Below are positions 10,497 to 20,534 of a DNA stretch of 23,012 nucleotides, piece after piece. Positions within the stretch are counted from its first letter, which is position 1. Each line of letters begins with the position of its first letter. Source of the stretch: Tubiluchus corallicola. Its lineage: Eukaryota; Animalia; Priapulida. The notes under the pieces were generated by a model. It did no database searches and was not told the origin of the DNA. It saw only the letters and a program-made list of their open reading frames with translations. The stretch is taken from the NCBI GenBank assembly GCA_030141605.1, contig JAQGDQ010001344.1, positions 22,825 to 45,836 of the forward strand, written 5' to 3'. The position numbers and the translations under genes are program-made.

Positions 10497-10693
10497 GTCA
10501 TCCGATACAGAACGGTTTCTGCGCTTCTGAACAAATATCGTCGCCCAAAAGACCGCTGTCGCCGTCGTCGGGCAGCATGGCCACGGCAACGAGGGCAGTA
10601 AAAGAATCGCAGATGAATCTGATCGCTAGCGAGATGGTGGACACCATGCAGGAAGACCACGACCGTGGCCTAGTAAAACTGAGTAGCGTTTGA
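10497..10693 (+). CDS. Candidate terminal coding exon: (G)HPIQNGFCASEQISSPKRPLSPSSGSMATATRAVKESQMNLIASEMVDTMQEDHDRGLVKLSSV*
   Basis: Acceptor GCCTTTTTCTTGTTAG ends at 10496 and the phase 1 entry is compatible with exon 890-1049. The segment is GC/CpG-richer than its flanks and ends with TGA at 10691-10693. The C-terminus fits the class I PDZ-binding consensus (S/T-x-V). Confidence 0.65.
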
Positions 10694-10949
10694 GGCAGAA
10701 GGATCGCGACCGTGGCTTGGCAAAATTGAGTAGAATTTTGTTCTAGAAGTTTTACGTTGTTCTTATTTGTACGTGGCACATTGTTTTTATTTCTGATGAC
10801 AGGCAGGTAATTATACCTGACACTGTCCTTATATGGCAAGCAGAAATATAGAAGCAGTTTAGTCACTAAGATCTAAGGATTGCTTATATAGTGACAGGTC
10901 AGTAAGTAATGAGACATAATGTTGAAGATCATTGAACACTAAATAGCAT

Positions 10950-11091
10950 GGAAATTGTTATTGGTTGTAATTAGCACTATTAAGTTTAGCCAGAGCAGAG
11001 ATAGGTGACCGCAAAAACAAGTGTCGGGTTGCTAGGCAACTAACAGAAAGCTTGTAAATATATTTTCCATATTTAATTACGTACTTTGTAC
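10950..11091 (+). repeat. ~140-bp dispersed direct repeat, copy 1 (copy 2 at 13752-13902)
   Basis: Aligns by eye with few substitutions and one short indel. It has no TIRs and contains the palindrome GTTGCTAGGCAAC. Confidence 0.9.
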
Positions 11092-11185
11092 GTATGAGTG
11101 CATTTGGTGGCATAGGGAACCTCTCACTTGAAAGAATGTGCTTATATTTATACATCTTAAGACAGCATAAATGTCGATAAACTAA

Positions 11186-12225
11186 ATGGTTGTATTTTCA
11201 TCAACTATGGCCATTGGTCATCTTTTCTCTGTCCACAGTCAGCTGTTGTGATGGTTGTATTTTCATCAGCTATGGCCATTGGTCATCTTTTCTCTGTCCA
11301 CAGTCAGCTGTTGTGATGGTTGTATTTTCATCAGCTATGTTCATTGGTCATCTTCTCTCTCTCCACAATCAGCTGTTGTGATGGTTGTATTTTTATCAGC
11401 TATGGTCATTAGTCATCTTTTCTCTCTCCATAATCAGCTGTTGTGATGGTTGTATTTTCATCAGCCATGGTCATTGGTCATCTTTTCTCTCTCCACAATC
11501 AGCTGTTGTGATGGTTGTATTTTCATCAGCTATGGTCATTGGTCATCTTTTCTCTCTCCGCAATCAGCTGTTGTGATGGTTGTATTTTCATCAGCTATGG
11601 TCATTGGTCATCTTTTCTCTCTCCACAATCAGCTGTTGTGATGGTTGTATTTTCATCAACTATGGTCATTGGTCATCTTTTCTCCCTCCACAATCAGCTG
11701 TTGTGATGGTTGTATTTTCATCAGCTATGGTCATTGGTCATCTTTTCTCTCTCCACAATCAGCTGTTGTGATCGTTGTATTTTCATCAGCTATGGTCATT
11801 GGTCATCTTTTCTCTCTCCACAATCAGCTGTTGTGATGGTTGTATTTTCATCAGCTATGGTCATTGGTCATCTTTTCTCTCTCCGCAATCAGCTGTTGTG
11901 ATGGTTGTATTTTCATCAGCTATGGTCATTGGTCATCTTTTCTCTCTCCACAATCAGCTGTTGTGATGGTTGTATTTTCATCAACTATGGTCATTGGTCA
12001 TCTTTTCTCCCTCCACAATCAGCTGTTGTGATGGTTGTATTTTCATCAGCTATGGTCATTGGTCATCTTTTCTCTCTCCACAATCAGCTGTTGTGATCGT
12101 TGTATTTTCATCAACTATGGTCATTGGTCATCTTTTCTCTTTCCACAATCAGCTGTTGTGATAGTTGTATTTTCATCAGCTATGGTCATTGGTCATCTTT
12201 TCTCTCAACACAGTCAGCTGTTGTG
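11186..12225. repeat. 65-bp minisatellite, 16 copies (ATGGTTGTATTTTCATCAGCTATGGTCATTGGTCATCTTTTCTCTCTCCACAATCAGCTGTTGTG)
   Basis: The array is 1040 bp, equal to 16 x 65. ORF-track starts recur every 65 bp. Confidence 0.98.
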
Positions 12226-12414
12226 CCATTAGTCAGCGGCGTCAATGCTGATTGGCTCGATTCGATCTTAAAAATACCTGTGCTGACCAATAATTAATCG
12301 CTTATTGTATATTTCTCTTTCTTACTTGGACACAACGTAACACGTATTCTGTGAAATTTTTGTATGTGGAAAAAAGAAATATATAAGCGCATGTCAGTAT
12401 AAAATGCGTGTTAA

Positions 12415-12883
12415 AGGAAACCGGATGATTGTATAAACATTAGTTTAGAATAAAGAATGCTCTAAAGTATTGAAAACTGCAATAGCTTTTTTTAAATCAA
12501 AGCTTAGATTAAATAATAATTACCTCGGATACTCAAATTTTGTTAAACTTTCAGAGCTACACACGATAACTGTGATCGTGAACTGCAGTGTTAGTTTCTG
12601 ACGTCATATGATGTAAAGCCCATTTTTCGTGACATCATGCATTTAAGCAGTACTGTAGCACGTATGCAAATGTGCTTGACATGCAACGGACGATGCCTGC
12701 CATTGCATAAACTGTGGTCAGTTTCTAACATAAGCAATAGCTGTGTTCGGTTGCCGTTAATTAACTTTCTAAGCTAATTATTCAAATATAAGAAACAATT
12801 GTTAACTTTTATAGACAAGAAAAAGTATATTTTGGACGGTAAATTAAAATGAGATTGAGTCTAAACAATCGTTCGGTCTTCCT
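12415..12883. mobile_element. Non-autonomous Kolobok-like element
   Basis: TTAA flanks both sides (12411-12414, 12884-12887) with AGG...CCT termini. The TIRs AGGAAACCGGATGATTGTATAAAC and GTCTAAACAATCGTTCGGTCTTCCT are imperfect. Confidence 0.75.
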
Positions 12884-13751
12884 TTAAGTATAGCAGAAAA
12901 GATATATTGTTATAGGCAGGTGTTCAGGAAAGTTGTCCTTTAAAGCAAAAATGTAAATGTTAGATGGGATTCATAATAGCGTACACAGAACAAAGACGAC
13001 TGTGTTGAAGGAAAGAACAAGTCACTCAGTACGTTGGGTTTATTTTACTGTTATCACTTAAACTTAGAAAGACATGACAAAGAAATTTGCAAAGAACTGC
13101 CTATGATTCATAAATTTAAAATATACAACCTCTGAATAGAAATTTTCAAGCATGGTGGTTGCCGCCATTCGTTTGAAAATTATGATGTAACTGGTGGACT
13201 TCGTAAGCGCATCGTGGCGCGCGCTGCTTAAACTAATTCAAACTTCTGCAGCTTTCCTAATGTTCATGCAAAAATGTTACAAAATTGGCTTTGTGTAAAC
13301 TTTTGACGAAGGTTGACAGTTCGTCTTTGAGACGAATGACGTCATTGGAAGAAGAAAGAAAAATGGGATGAAGTGATCGCGACTTTAAACTGATTTTACT
13401 AATTACATGAGACGCTTATTGCAGCATTTTTACTAAATCTCAACATTCTCTGTAAATATAGAAATAAGCTAACTTTCCAGAAGGCTTGACTTTTCCTTTA
13501 ATTTATGGATTGCTGACTTCTGTTTGACCCTGTTGTAATCGTGTCTGTTTGCTAAATTGGTTTATTCATGTAATATAAGTAATAATTTATATACTAATTA
13601 AAAAGATGATATGCACTTGATTTTAGAACATAGGCGAACAGAGTCCAGCCTAGTGAGTGAGTGTAAGTATTATTTATCCACCTAAAATGTAGTTTTTAGA
13701 TAAAATAGATTTATTTTTAGATACCAAATACCCTTGCCATGTTAAAGTGTC

Positions 13752-13902
13752 GGAAATTGTGTTTGGTTGTAATTAGCACTATTAAGTTTAGCCAGAGCAG
13801 AGATAGGTGACCGGAAAACAAGACATTTTCAGTGTCGGGTTGCTAGGCAACTATCGGAAAGATTGTAAATATATTTTCCATATTTAATTACGTAATTTGT
13901 AC
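13752..13902 (+). repeat. Dispersed direct repeat, copy 2 of 10950-11091
   Basis: Direct sequence similarity, including GTTGCTAGGCAAC at 13839-13851. Confidence 0.9.
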
Positions 13903-13993
13903 AAACGAGTTATAGTGATTTTTTGTTAATTAAGAGATAAATTAAAAATTGATTATTGTAATTCAACTATTGTTCCCCAGTTGTGGTCTAGCA

Positions 13994-14475
13994 CAGGGGT
14001 GTGCAAATTATCTGACTAGCCGGGCCACATTAAACTTTCCCGCAATTCCTGCGGGCCACAGGCAGTTTGATCAAGGAGCCAAGTACAGAAAGGCCTAATA
14101 ACGATTTTTTTGCATCCGACCTGCGTACATCATTACTACTACACTCAAGAAACTATTTTAGAAGTTATTAAAATTTATATTACAAACCATATATTTCTAC
14201 TTTCAGGACAGATAGTGGTAATTTCATTACAATGCATATTAGTAATGTGTATCACACAGTCTGTGTAGTACAGTGACATTAAGCTACAACCGTCTTGTAA
14301 GGGTTAATGGCATCCGATCTAGTAGAAAAAACTATCCGCACTATCTTTGGGATCGTGGCATGGACTTCAGCTGGATACACTCAATTAATCGCCCGGGCCG
14401 CACTTTCATTAGGTCGACAAATCTCTTCGCGGGCCACACAAATTCTCTCAGCGGGCCGCAATTTTCACACCCCTG
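13994..14475 (-). mobile_element. hAT MITE, copy 2 (inverted relative to 5657-6155)
   Basis: Reverse complement of copy 1 along its length, with TIRs CAGGGGTGTGCAAATT / AATTTTCACACCCCTG. It has a short deletion between CGGCCCGC repeats. The flanks GTCTAGCA / TCCTAGGG share only the central CTAG. Confidence 0.92.
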
Positions 14476-15319
14476 TCCTAGGGTTTAGTTTATATTTCAA
14501 ATTATGAATATTAAGCGATTAAATTTTAATCTGTTATCTGTTAATGGTCATATTGCGTTTTAGACTAAATGTAATATGAGAACATTAGTGAGTGCTTTAC
14601 TTGTGCTACTGTATGTACAGTGTAAGAGCTTTAAAAGAATTTCGTGAATTTCTACTATGCCACATGCCTCCATTTATTTCCTCATCTTAAAGGACAAGAA
14701 AAGAGGTACCTGAAGTAGGTTTCAGAAAAATCGCCTTAAAAATTATACTAGTTTTTAGCAATTTTATGCGTATATCGTACTCGCGTTGAAAGGATTTTTT
14801 GTTTGATTTCATTTTAAATCTCCCACAATATTGTTCCGAAGTCGCCATTACATGACGTCATGTACCAAACGTAAATCAGGGGAAGAAAAGGCAATGTTAA
14901 ATTATATCTCAAAAGACTTTCTATATTACTTAGATTTTCGCTTACCTGCTGGAAAGACTTATGTAACTAGAAAAGAATTTTTTTAATTATTTAAAATGTT
15001 TTCACCAATAGATAAAATCTCGCTGACTCACCCTCCAGGGTGCACCACTCACTAACCAAAAACGTATTTTTAAACTTACTGACAAGGTTACAGTAATTTA
15101 AAATTTTACTTAATTAGTGACTTGTGCGCTACAAATGCTCTGATTATTTTTCAAATTTTACGTAATGTTCTTTTAACTTGTTCCAAACAACTTAGTGTTA
15201 AAATGGTCGCGTCTAATGGTCATTATACATGTTTTATACTGAGCTACTGCCGACGCAAGTCCTATATGCAAAAAGGAAGTATGTAAGTGGTACAAAATTT
15301 CAAGACGAATTTTTTACGC

Positions 15320-15410
15320 TTTAGCTAAGTGCAAGGTTCTCTTGTGGTTTAGCACAGCTGCTTGGAAAGCAGAAGGTTTTGGGTTCGAGTCCCTGTGGAT
15401 GTGAAAAATT
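15320..15410 (+). mobile_element. Possible tRNA-derived SINE head
   Basis: B-box GGTTCGAGTCCC at 15382-15393, a stem-loop CTGC-TTGGAAA-GCAG in the anticodon-arm position, and A-box-like TGGTTTAGC. No acceptor stem is present. Confidence 0.45.
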
Positions 15411-15943
15411 TCTTTCGGAGTTTCTAATTTAATACGCATTTTGAGATGGTTTGATCGTGCTCTCCGAACTGTAAAGACAGGCCTCGGTGTTGAATAGCTG
15501 CACTGGATACAACAGTAATGTGTTTTATTTGCTTGCAAAACATAATGGCTCACAAAATCACATTGTAGGCGGATTGAGAGAAGTTTCTCTCTCTCTCTCT
15601 CTCGTGTGAAATATGGGACCCGTGCTGTTGTCACAGAAAATTACACCTCTATGCAAACACCTACTTTAGGGTAATTGAAGTTTCGCTGGGGAAATATGGA
15701 GAAACGTGTTTGGACATGATTTCGTAATAACATTAGATGTGTGGAAATGTGAACAGATTTAATGTGTTTTTGTAGAGGATTTTTAGTTCACTTCTATTTC
15801 ATTTTACTGGATATACAGTGTGGGCGCAAAAAAGTTATCGCTTCTTAAAAATGTCATAGAGCGGAGAATCTTTATTCATGTTGTATTTAAATTAAACATG
15901 CCAAAATAAAAATACTTTATATATGTACTATTGTCATAGTGTC

Positions 15944-16024
15944 ATATATATATATATGTATGTATGTATATATATATGTATGTATATATGTATGTATATG
16001 TATATGTATGTATATGTATATATG
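15944..16024. repeat. (TA)n/(TATG)n microsatellite
   Basis: Directly visible. Confidence 0.95.
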
Positions 16025-16067
16025 CTAAACATCAGTATGATTGCATTATAACGAGGTTTGACTGTAC

Positions 16068-16454
16068 GAATAAGCCTTCTGACAGTTCCAACAATTGATG
16101 ATGATCGTGAAAAGGTCAAAGGTTAAGTGTACCAGACAACGTATTTGTGTACACTTGACAACGTCTTGCAGGCCATACTATTGTAATAGCAACAGGTGTA
16201 ACAGCTGGGTAGAACTTTACCTAGTTCATTTTGTCTTGTTCCAAAACAAGATCCTGCTAGTAAATCACTAGACCAATGCATAGTTAAGTCAAGTCCACGC
16301 AAAACAACTGAAATTACTGAACTGATGTGGTAGACGGCTTTGCTTTACACGCATCATGTGATGGTGGCAGTTAAGGCGCTTTGCTGTGGCACACTTAACC
16401 TTTGACCTACGGCACCTGCGCGTGCGCATAACAAAACTGAGAAAAGGTTTATTG
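16068..16454 (+). mobile_element. AATAAGCC-ended TIR element, copy 2
   Basis: Colinear with 6286-6751 but without the 77-bp duplication. Ends are AATAAGCCTTCTGACAGTT / AACTGAGAAAAGGTTTATT. No TSD is recognisable. Confidence 0.82.
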
Positions 16455-17369
16455 AATAAAAATTCTCTGCTCTGTGGCATTTTAAAAGGGGCCGTTTTTT
16501 GTGCCCACCCGCTATAATGTGAAATGGTAGAATTTTTTATTTTGAAAGTTCATATTCGTAGAAAAACTGTGGCTCTCATGAGAATTTTCATTAATACGAA
16601 CGCGGTGTTGGTTTATGCACTTTTTATGGGCACATAAACCTTTGCAGTTACACATTATTTCCATAAAGCAAAATTAAGACCACACATGCAAATGATTCTA
16701 CCCTTCCGCTTTTAAATATTGTTAGATTTTATTGTCATAAATAATTAAATTTATTAAGGAATCCACTGTAACGGTATGCTGTACGAATGCGTTTGTGTTA
16801 AATTTAATTCAACTACTATTTTTTACGAAGTGGGAGAGGGTTAAGGTACCTGTCTAGGGTGTGGTCTCGTTTTTGAAAATAGAGAGCTTTAGAGCAAGTC
16901 TGAGCTCCTAATGGTTCAAACGTTCTAGTACGTTGTACTACATTTAAACTCCAGAACACCCAAATATGTTTAATATGCAGCAATTGTCGTTTTATCTGTA
17001 ATAATAAATTACAGCAATAAGTTTTTAGCGAAAAAACGTAAGTTTGATACATGTAAATTACTAAATTAGGTTACGTGATTTTCGTCTATAATTATACAAA
17101 AAAACAACGGCAAAATAGCCCTAATTGCATAAAGCAGTTCAGTAAAGATAATTAGACACTTACATGTGGTCTCCATGAGTTTTGCCGCTTATAACTTGCA
17201 AAAAAGACAATAGAAAACAATTCACAACATTCACATCATATCAACGTGAATTGCATACCAGGTAATGTCTACCTGGCCAATTACCTGGTCACACGACTGA
17301 TGACAGTTAAAGGGGCAAGACCAAATTTAACAGAAAGGGAAACGTGTACATGCATAACATACGTTCAGC

Positions 17370-17430
17370 CAGGGCTGAACTATGATCTTTTGGGGCCCTT
17401 GGGCTAATGAAATTATGGGGACTTCAGACG
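17370..17430. mobile_element. Possible orphan hAT terminus
   Basis: CAGGGCTGAACTA...GGGGCCCTTGGGC resembles the hAT end at 1430. I found no partner TIR. Confidence 0.35.
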
Positions 17431-17575
17431 GAGCCACCCTCCCTCTAACTCCCCCGCACCCGTCTTGAATATTTTTACTCGTCATGTATATTAGAAACAT
17501 TCAGATAGCTTGAAATAAACTTGTAAATTGTTTAAATAAACTAGAATAGCTTCCGTTGTTTGTCAATAAGAAATA

Positions 17576-17676
17576 CAGTCTAACCTCGTTATCTTGCCAC
17601 TGTCCGTCTAGGGCAAATTTTTGGCGAGAGACTAGTTTGGCGGCATAACGAGGGGCGAGATAACGAGGTTAGACTG
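17576..17676. mobile_element. 101-bp pogo/Tigger-like MITE
   Basis: 23-bp TIR CAGTCTAACCTCGTTATCTYGCC with one mismatch and TA on both sides. A related single end, ATAACGAGGTTTGACTG|TA, lies at ~16048-16066. Confidence 0.9.
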
Positions 17677-19429
17677 TATTCTTTAAGAAATGCCACTATT
17701 TTACTATTTATTGCAAACCAAATTATAACACATTTTTCAACACAACCGTAGTAAAAAAACAGATTTTTTTACCAAAGCTTGAGTCCCCCCCCCACATCCA
17801 AGCTTGAAGGGTCCTGTGTTCACCACTTAATTTTATTCTAATTTCAAAAACCAATCAATTTAAAAATCAAGTACTTGTACTGTAGTTCATTTTGAATTGC
17901 TGGACGCTGGTTGTTTATTCTCGCTTGTGTTCATATGAATACGGTATTCGTGCAGCTGCTGTTTCGATGAACGATGAACCTTGTGAACGATGAACGTGGA
18001 CGTAAAACATGTATAATGCCACTTTCACACTTGTGTAACGCCCGACGCTGTGAGCTAGAGTTCTAATGACAAAATTTCTTTCAAACAGTCCAGGTAGTGT
18101 GTTTTCTCACTAATTTCTTTCTTTCGCCGAATTTATCCCTAGGAAGTTTCAAATAATCATGTGTGTTCCCTTTGTAATGAACTTCGGCGTTCTCTGTACG
18201 GCATTATTCAGTTTACGTTAATTGAAATTAGTCAGTTTACGTTAATTGAAATTAACCAGTTTACGTTTATGTAATTTATTGCTGTAATAGGTCCTGCTAA
18301 GATTATTGTAAGAATGTGAGCATAATGCTTCTTTTGTGTCAGACGTTGTGTTGAAATTTACGAACTCCAGTCATCGTCACATACGCCAAAGTGATCTGAC
18401 CTTGATTTTGAATTTATGTTAGTTCAGTAATAATTTCCGCAGATGGCGACACCAGCGCTGTAAACAGCAGCGTAATAGTATAATATAAGATGTATGAATT
18501 TATCTCCAGCATGTTTAACAGCAGTACACAGATTCTTTCAGATGTTTTTAAATTCAGTGCAATGAGAAATATTTTGTAGAAAAAACAATGTGCATAATGT
18601 GGTGCCATCTACTGACAAGCTTTATAAGCGATCCAAGCTGTTGCGCCTTTAATATTTGTATATATCAAGTGCAAAGTTACATTTACAAGAACTAAAATCA
18701 TTTAAACTTCTGAAATGTGTATTTGTGAGTTTCTTACGTCTTAACATGTTTCACTGATTCGTTAATTTGGAACAGAAACAAACAGACAGACAGACAAACT
18801 AATAGTACTGCTGCTGTACATATTTCTGAATTACATGTGTGTAATTTTTTTCTTTGAACAAAAATATTTTCTTTATACATGTATCTGACGCTCAGTACTG
18901 GATGACTTATGAATAAATGTCGTATCTTAAGAACTTATATTTATGAATTTTACTTCTTCCTACGACGCTGAAGATGTAGGGCCCGCGTTCGAATCCGATA
19001 AACGAAGTTTTCTTTTTTTTTTTTGCTTTCTGGTAAACGATTATAAACAAGTTCTTGAAGCCAATGATAGTTTTTTTCTATATTTTTATTTTACATTTTG
19101 CGATACCGTCTATATTTACAAGAAAAAATTAAATTAGTAATGATAAAGATTTTATGTATCTTTCCAATCCACGTGGAACAATTTTACTTTGTGTATAACA
19201 TGAGTAATAATCACACGTAATGTGTGACAGAATAAAACTTATTAACCACATATTTTAATAAATATTAATGAACGACGCATTAACGAGACATTATTTAATT
19301 AACATGGTGGAATAAAAGCCCACGATTGCCGTTGCCGTGATGATGTTTCCATTAGCTGTGTGGGAGCGAGTTTTATTGCAGCGATTAAACTGCAATTAGT
19401 GGATGAATTGGTTAATTTAACTTTTCTAA

Positions 19430-19563
19430 AGCTGCGTTCACATTTGCGTGGCGAAGGTTTCACGGTACAGGCTGATTATGAACTGATTATCGCAGTGTGG
19501 AAAGTTCGTCTTCGCGACAGCGTGCTTTTCCCGGTCGCTTGCTCTTCGCATGTGAACGAGGCT
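19430..19563. mobile_element. PIF/Harbinger-type MITE
   Basis: TIRs AGCTGCGTTCACAT / ATGTGAACGAGGCT, with a TAA TSD at 19427-19429 and 19564-19566. Confidence 0.78.
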
Positions 19564-19666
19564 TAAGTTTTTTTACAAAATGCGAAACACGTAGTTCGAA
19601 TTCTAATTATGACGTATATTAAAAACCAACTCGTGAAGAGGAACGAAAACAAATTAAAATTAGTTC

Positions 19667-19701
19667 TTTATTCGAACCTTAAAGCTGCACTAGGTTTTAT
19701 T
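19667..19701 (-). terminator. Two candidate AATAAA polyadenylation signals for the minus-strand gene
   Basis: TTTATT on the + strand at 19667-19672 and 19696-19701, about 650 bp downstream of the candidate stop. The hexamer is common in AT-rich DNA. Confidence 0.3.
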
Positions 19702-20346
19702 CGTTTACTAGTAATTCCTGCAGATGGCGCGAGTTGTTGCTTTGTTAGTACGCATTTCCAAACATTGGTTTTATACTAATTTACAAGAAGAAAACAAACA
19801 TATTTTAAAGATGTGCCAGGCTTAGGAACAATACGAAATTCCCAGCAAAACCATCACTTTTTAATGAGACGCCATTGTTTTTAAGCTTCGCACAGAAGCA
19901 GCCCTGGAAAAATTTCTAAGCCTGCCAGCAAAATGAAAAAGCGCCTGAATTTCATCTGCAGTTTCTGAAATGACATTCAGTATTTCCCAGAACTTTCCTC
20001 GGCTCAGTAAAATACGACAGTGCACTTTCCCAAACACTTGAGCAATCCCTGGAGCAAAGCAACCGTTGCCAGTGCTCAGACCATTGCGGCACAACTCACA
20101 CTGCAAATATACAGCAAAGAAATCTACCTGAACAGTATGACCTAGTGCTGAAAACCAAAATGGACTTTTCTTTCTATATTCAATCTTACTATCGATGTAG
20201 GAATTAAAGGATTGAATCGGGTTATACAGGAACCTGATGTGGATTTTGGGGAAGCCTATCATGCTCTTTCTTTCCTGCTACTAGGCAGCCACGTTGGCCC
20301 ACAAAACTAGACCGTTTTTCCAATTTGAGGACCGATCCACACGCTT

Positions 20347-20487
20347 CTACTGGTCATCAGTGTAATGGTCAGCAGCGTACTGGTCATCAGTGTATTCGTC
20401 ATCAGCAAATTCGTCAGTAGGAGCAGCAGCAGGATCACCTGACCAACCATACAGGGCGTCAGATAATATACTGAAGTACGCCAACGT
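20347..20487 (-). CDS. Candidate terminal coding exon: TLAYFSILSDALYGWSGDPAAAPTDEFADDEYTDDQYAADHYTDDQ*
   Basis: Strong minus-strand acceptor GTGTTTTTTTGTATTTTCAG ends at 20488, followed by 46 codons and TAG with 15-nt internal periodicity. An alternative frame (RWRTSVYY...GKTV*, stop at 20307) is also open. Confidence 0.55.
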   Translation of the reverse strand, partial: TLAYFSILSDALYGWSGDPAAAPTDEFADDEYTDDQYAADHYTDDQ

Positions 20488-20534
20488 CTGAAAATACAAA
20501 AAAACACGTATTTAACTTTCACGCAATTTAAACG

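Larger units (their letters stand above)
15816..16512. mobile_element. Tc1/mariner-like MITE with ~60-bp imperfect TIRs, hosting nested insertions
   Basis: TA|CAGTGTGGGCGCAAAAAA...AAAATGTCATAGAGCGGAGAATCTTTATTCA at the left is an inverted match to TGAATAAAAATTCTCTGCTCTGTGGCATTTT...TTTTTTGTGCCCACCCGC|TA at the right. Confidence 0.7.

Noticed and set aside
10498-10866. 122-aa minus-strand ORF
   Set aside because: It is the antisense shadow of the better-supported + strand exon.
11190-12297. Cluster of 63-aa Cys-containing 'peptide genes' with hydrophobic N-termini
   Set aside because: These are overlapping read-outs of a 65-bp repeat that cycles through frames. The starts are TTG, not ATG.
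14687-15176. Second Kolobok-like element (TTAA|AGGACAAG...)
   Set aside because: The candidate right end does not form a convincing TIR with the left end.
15320-15410. Functional tRNA gene
   Set aside because: A B-box and one stem are present, but no acceptor stem or full cloverleaf; it is kept only as a possible SINE head.
18987-18996. B-box GTTCGAATCC
   Set aside because: There is no matching A-box or cloverleaf, so this is an isolated motif.
19861-20262. 133-aa minus-strand ORF
   Set aside because: I recognise no domain, and it lies in the presumed 3' UTR of the 20487-20347 exon. It cannot be fully excluded without a homology search.
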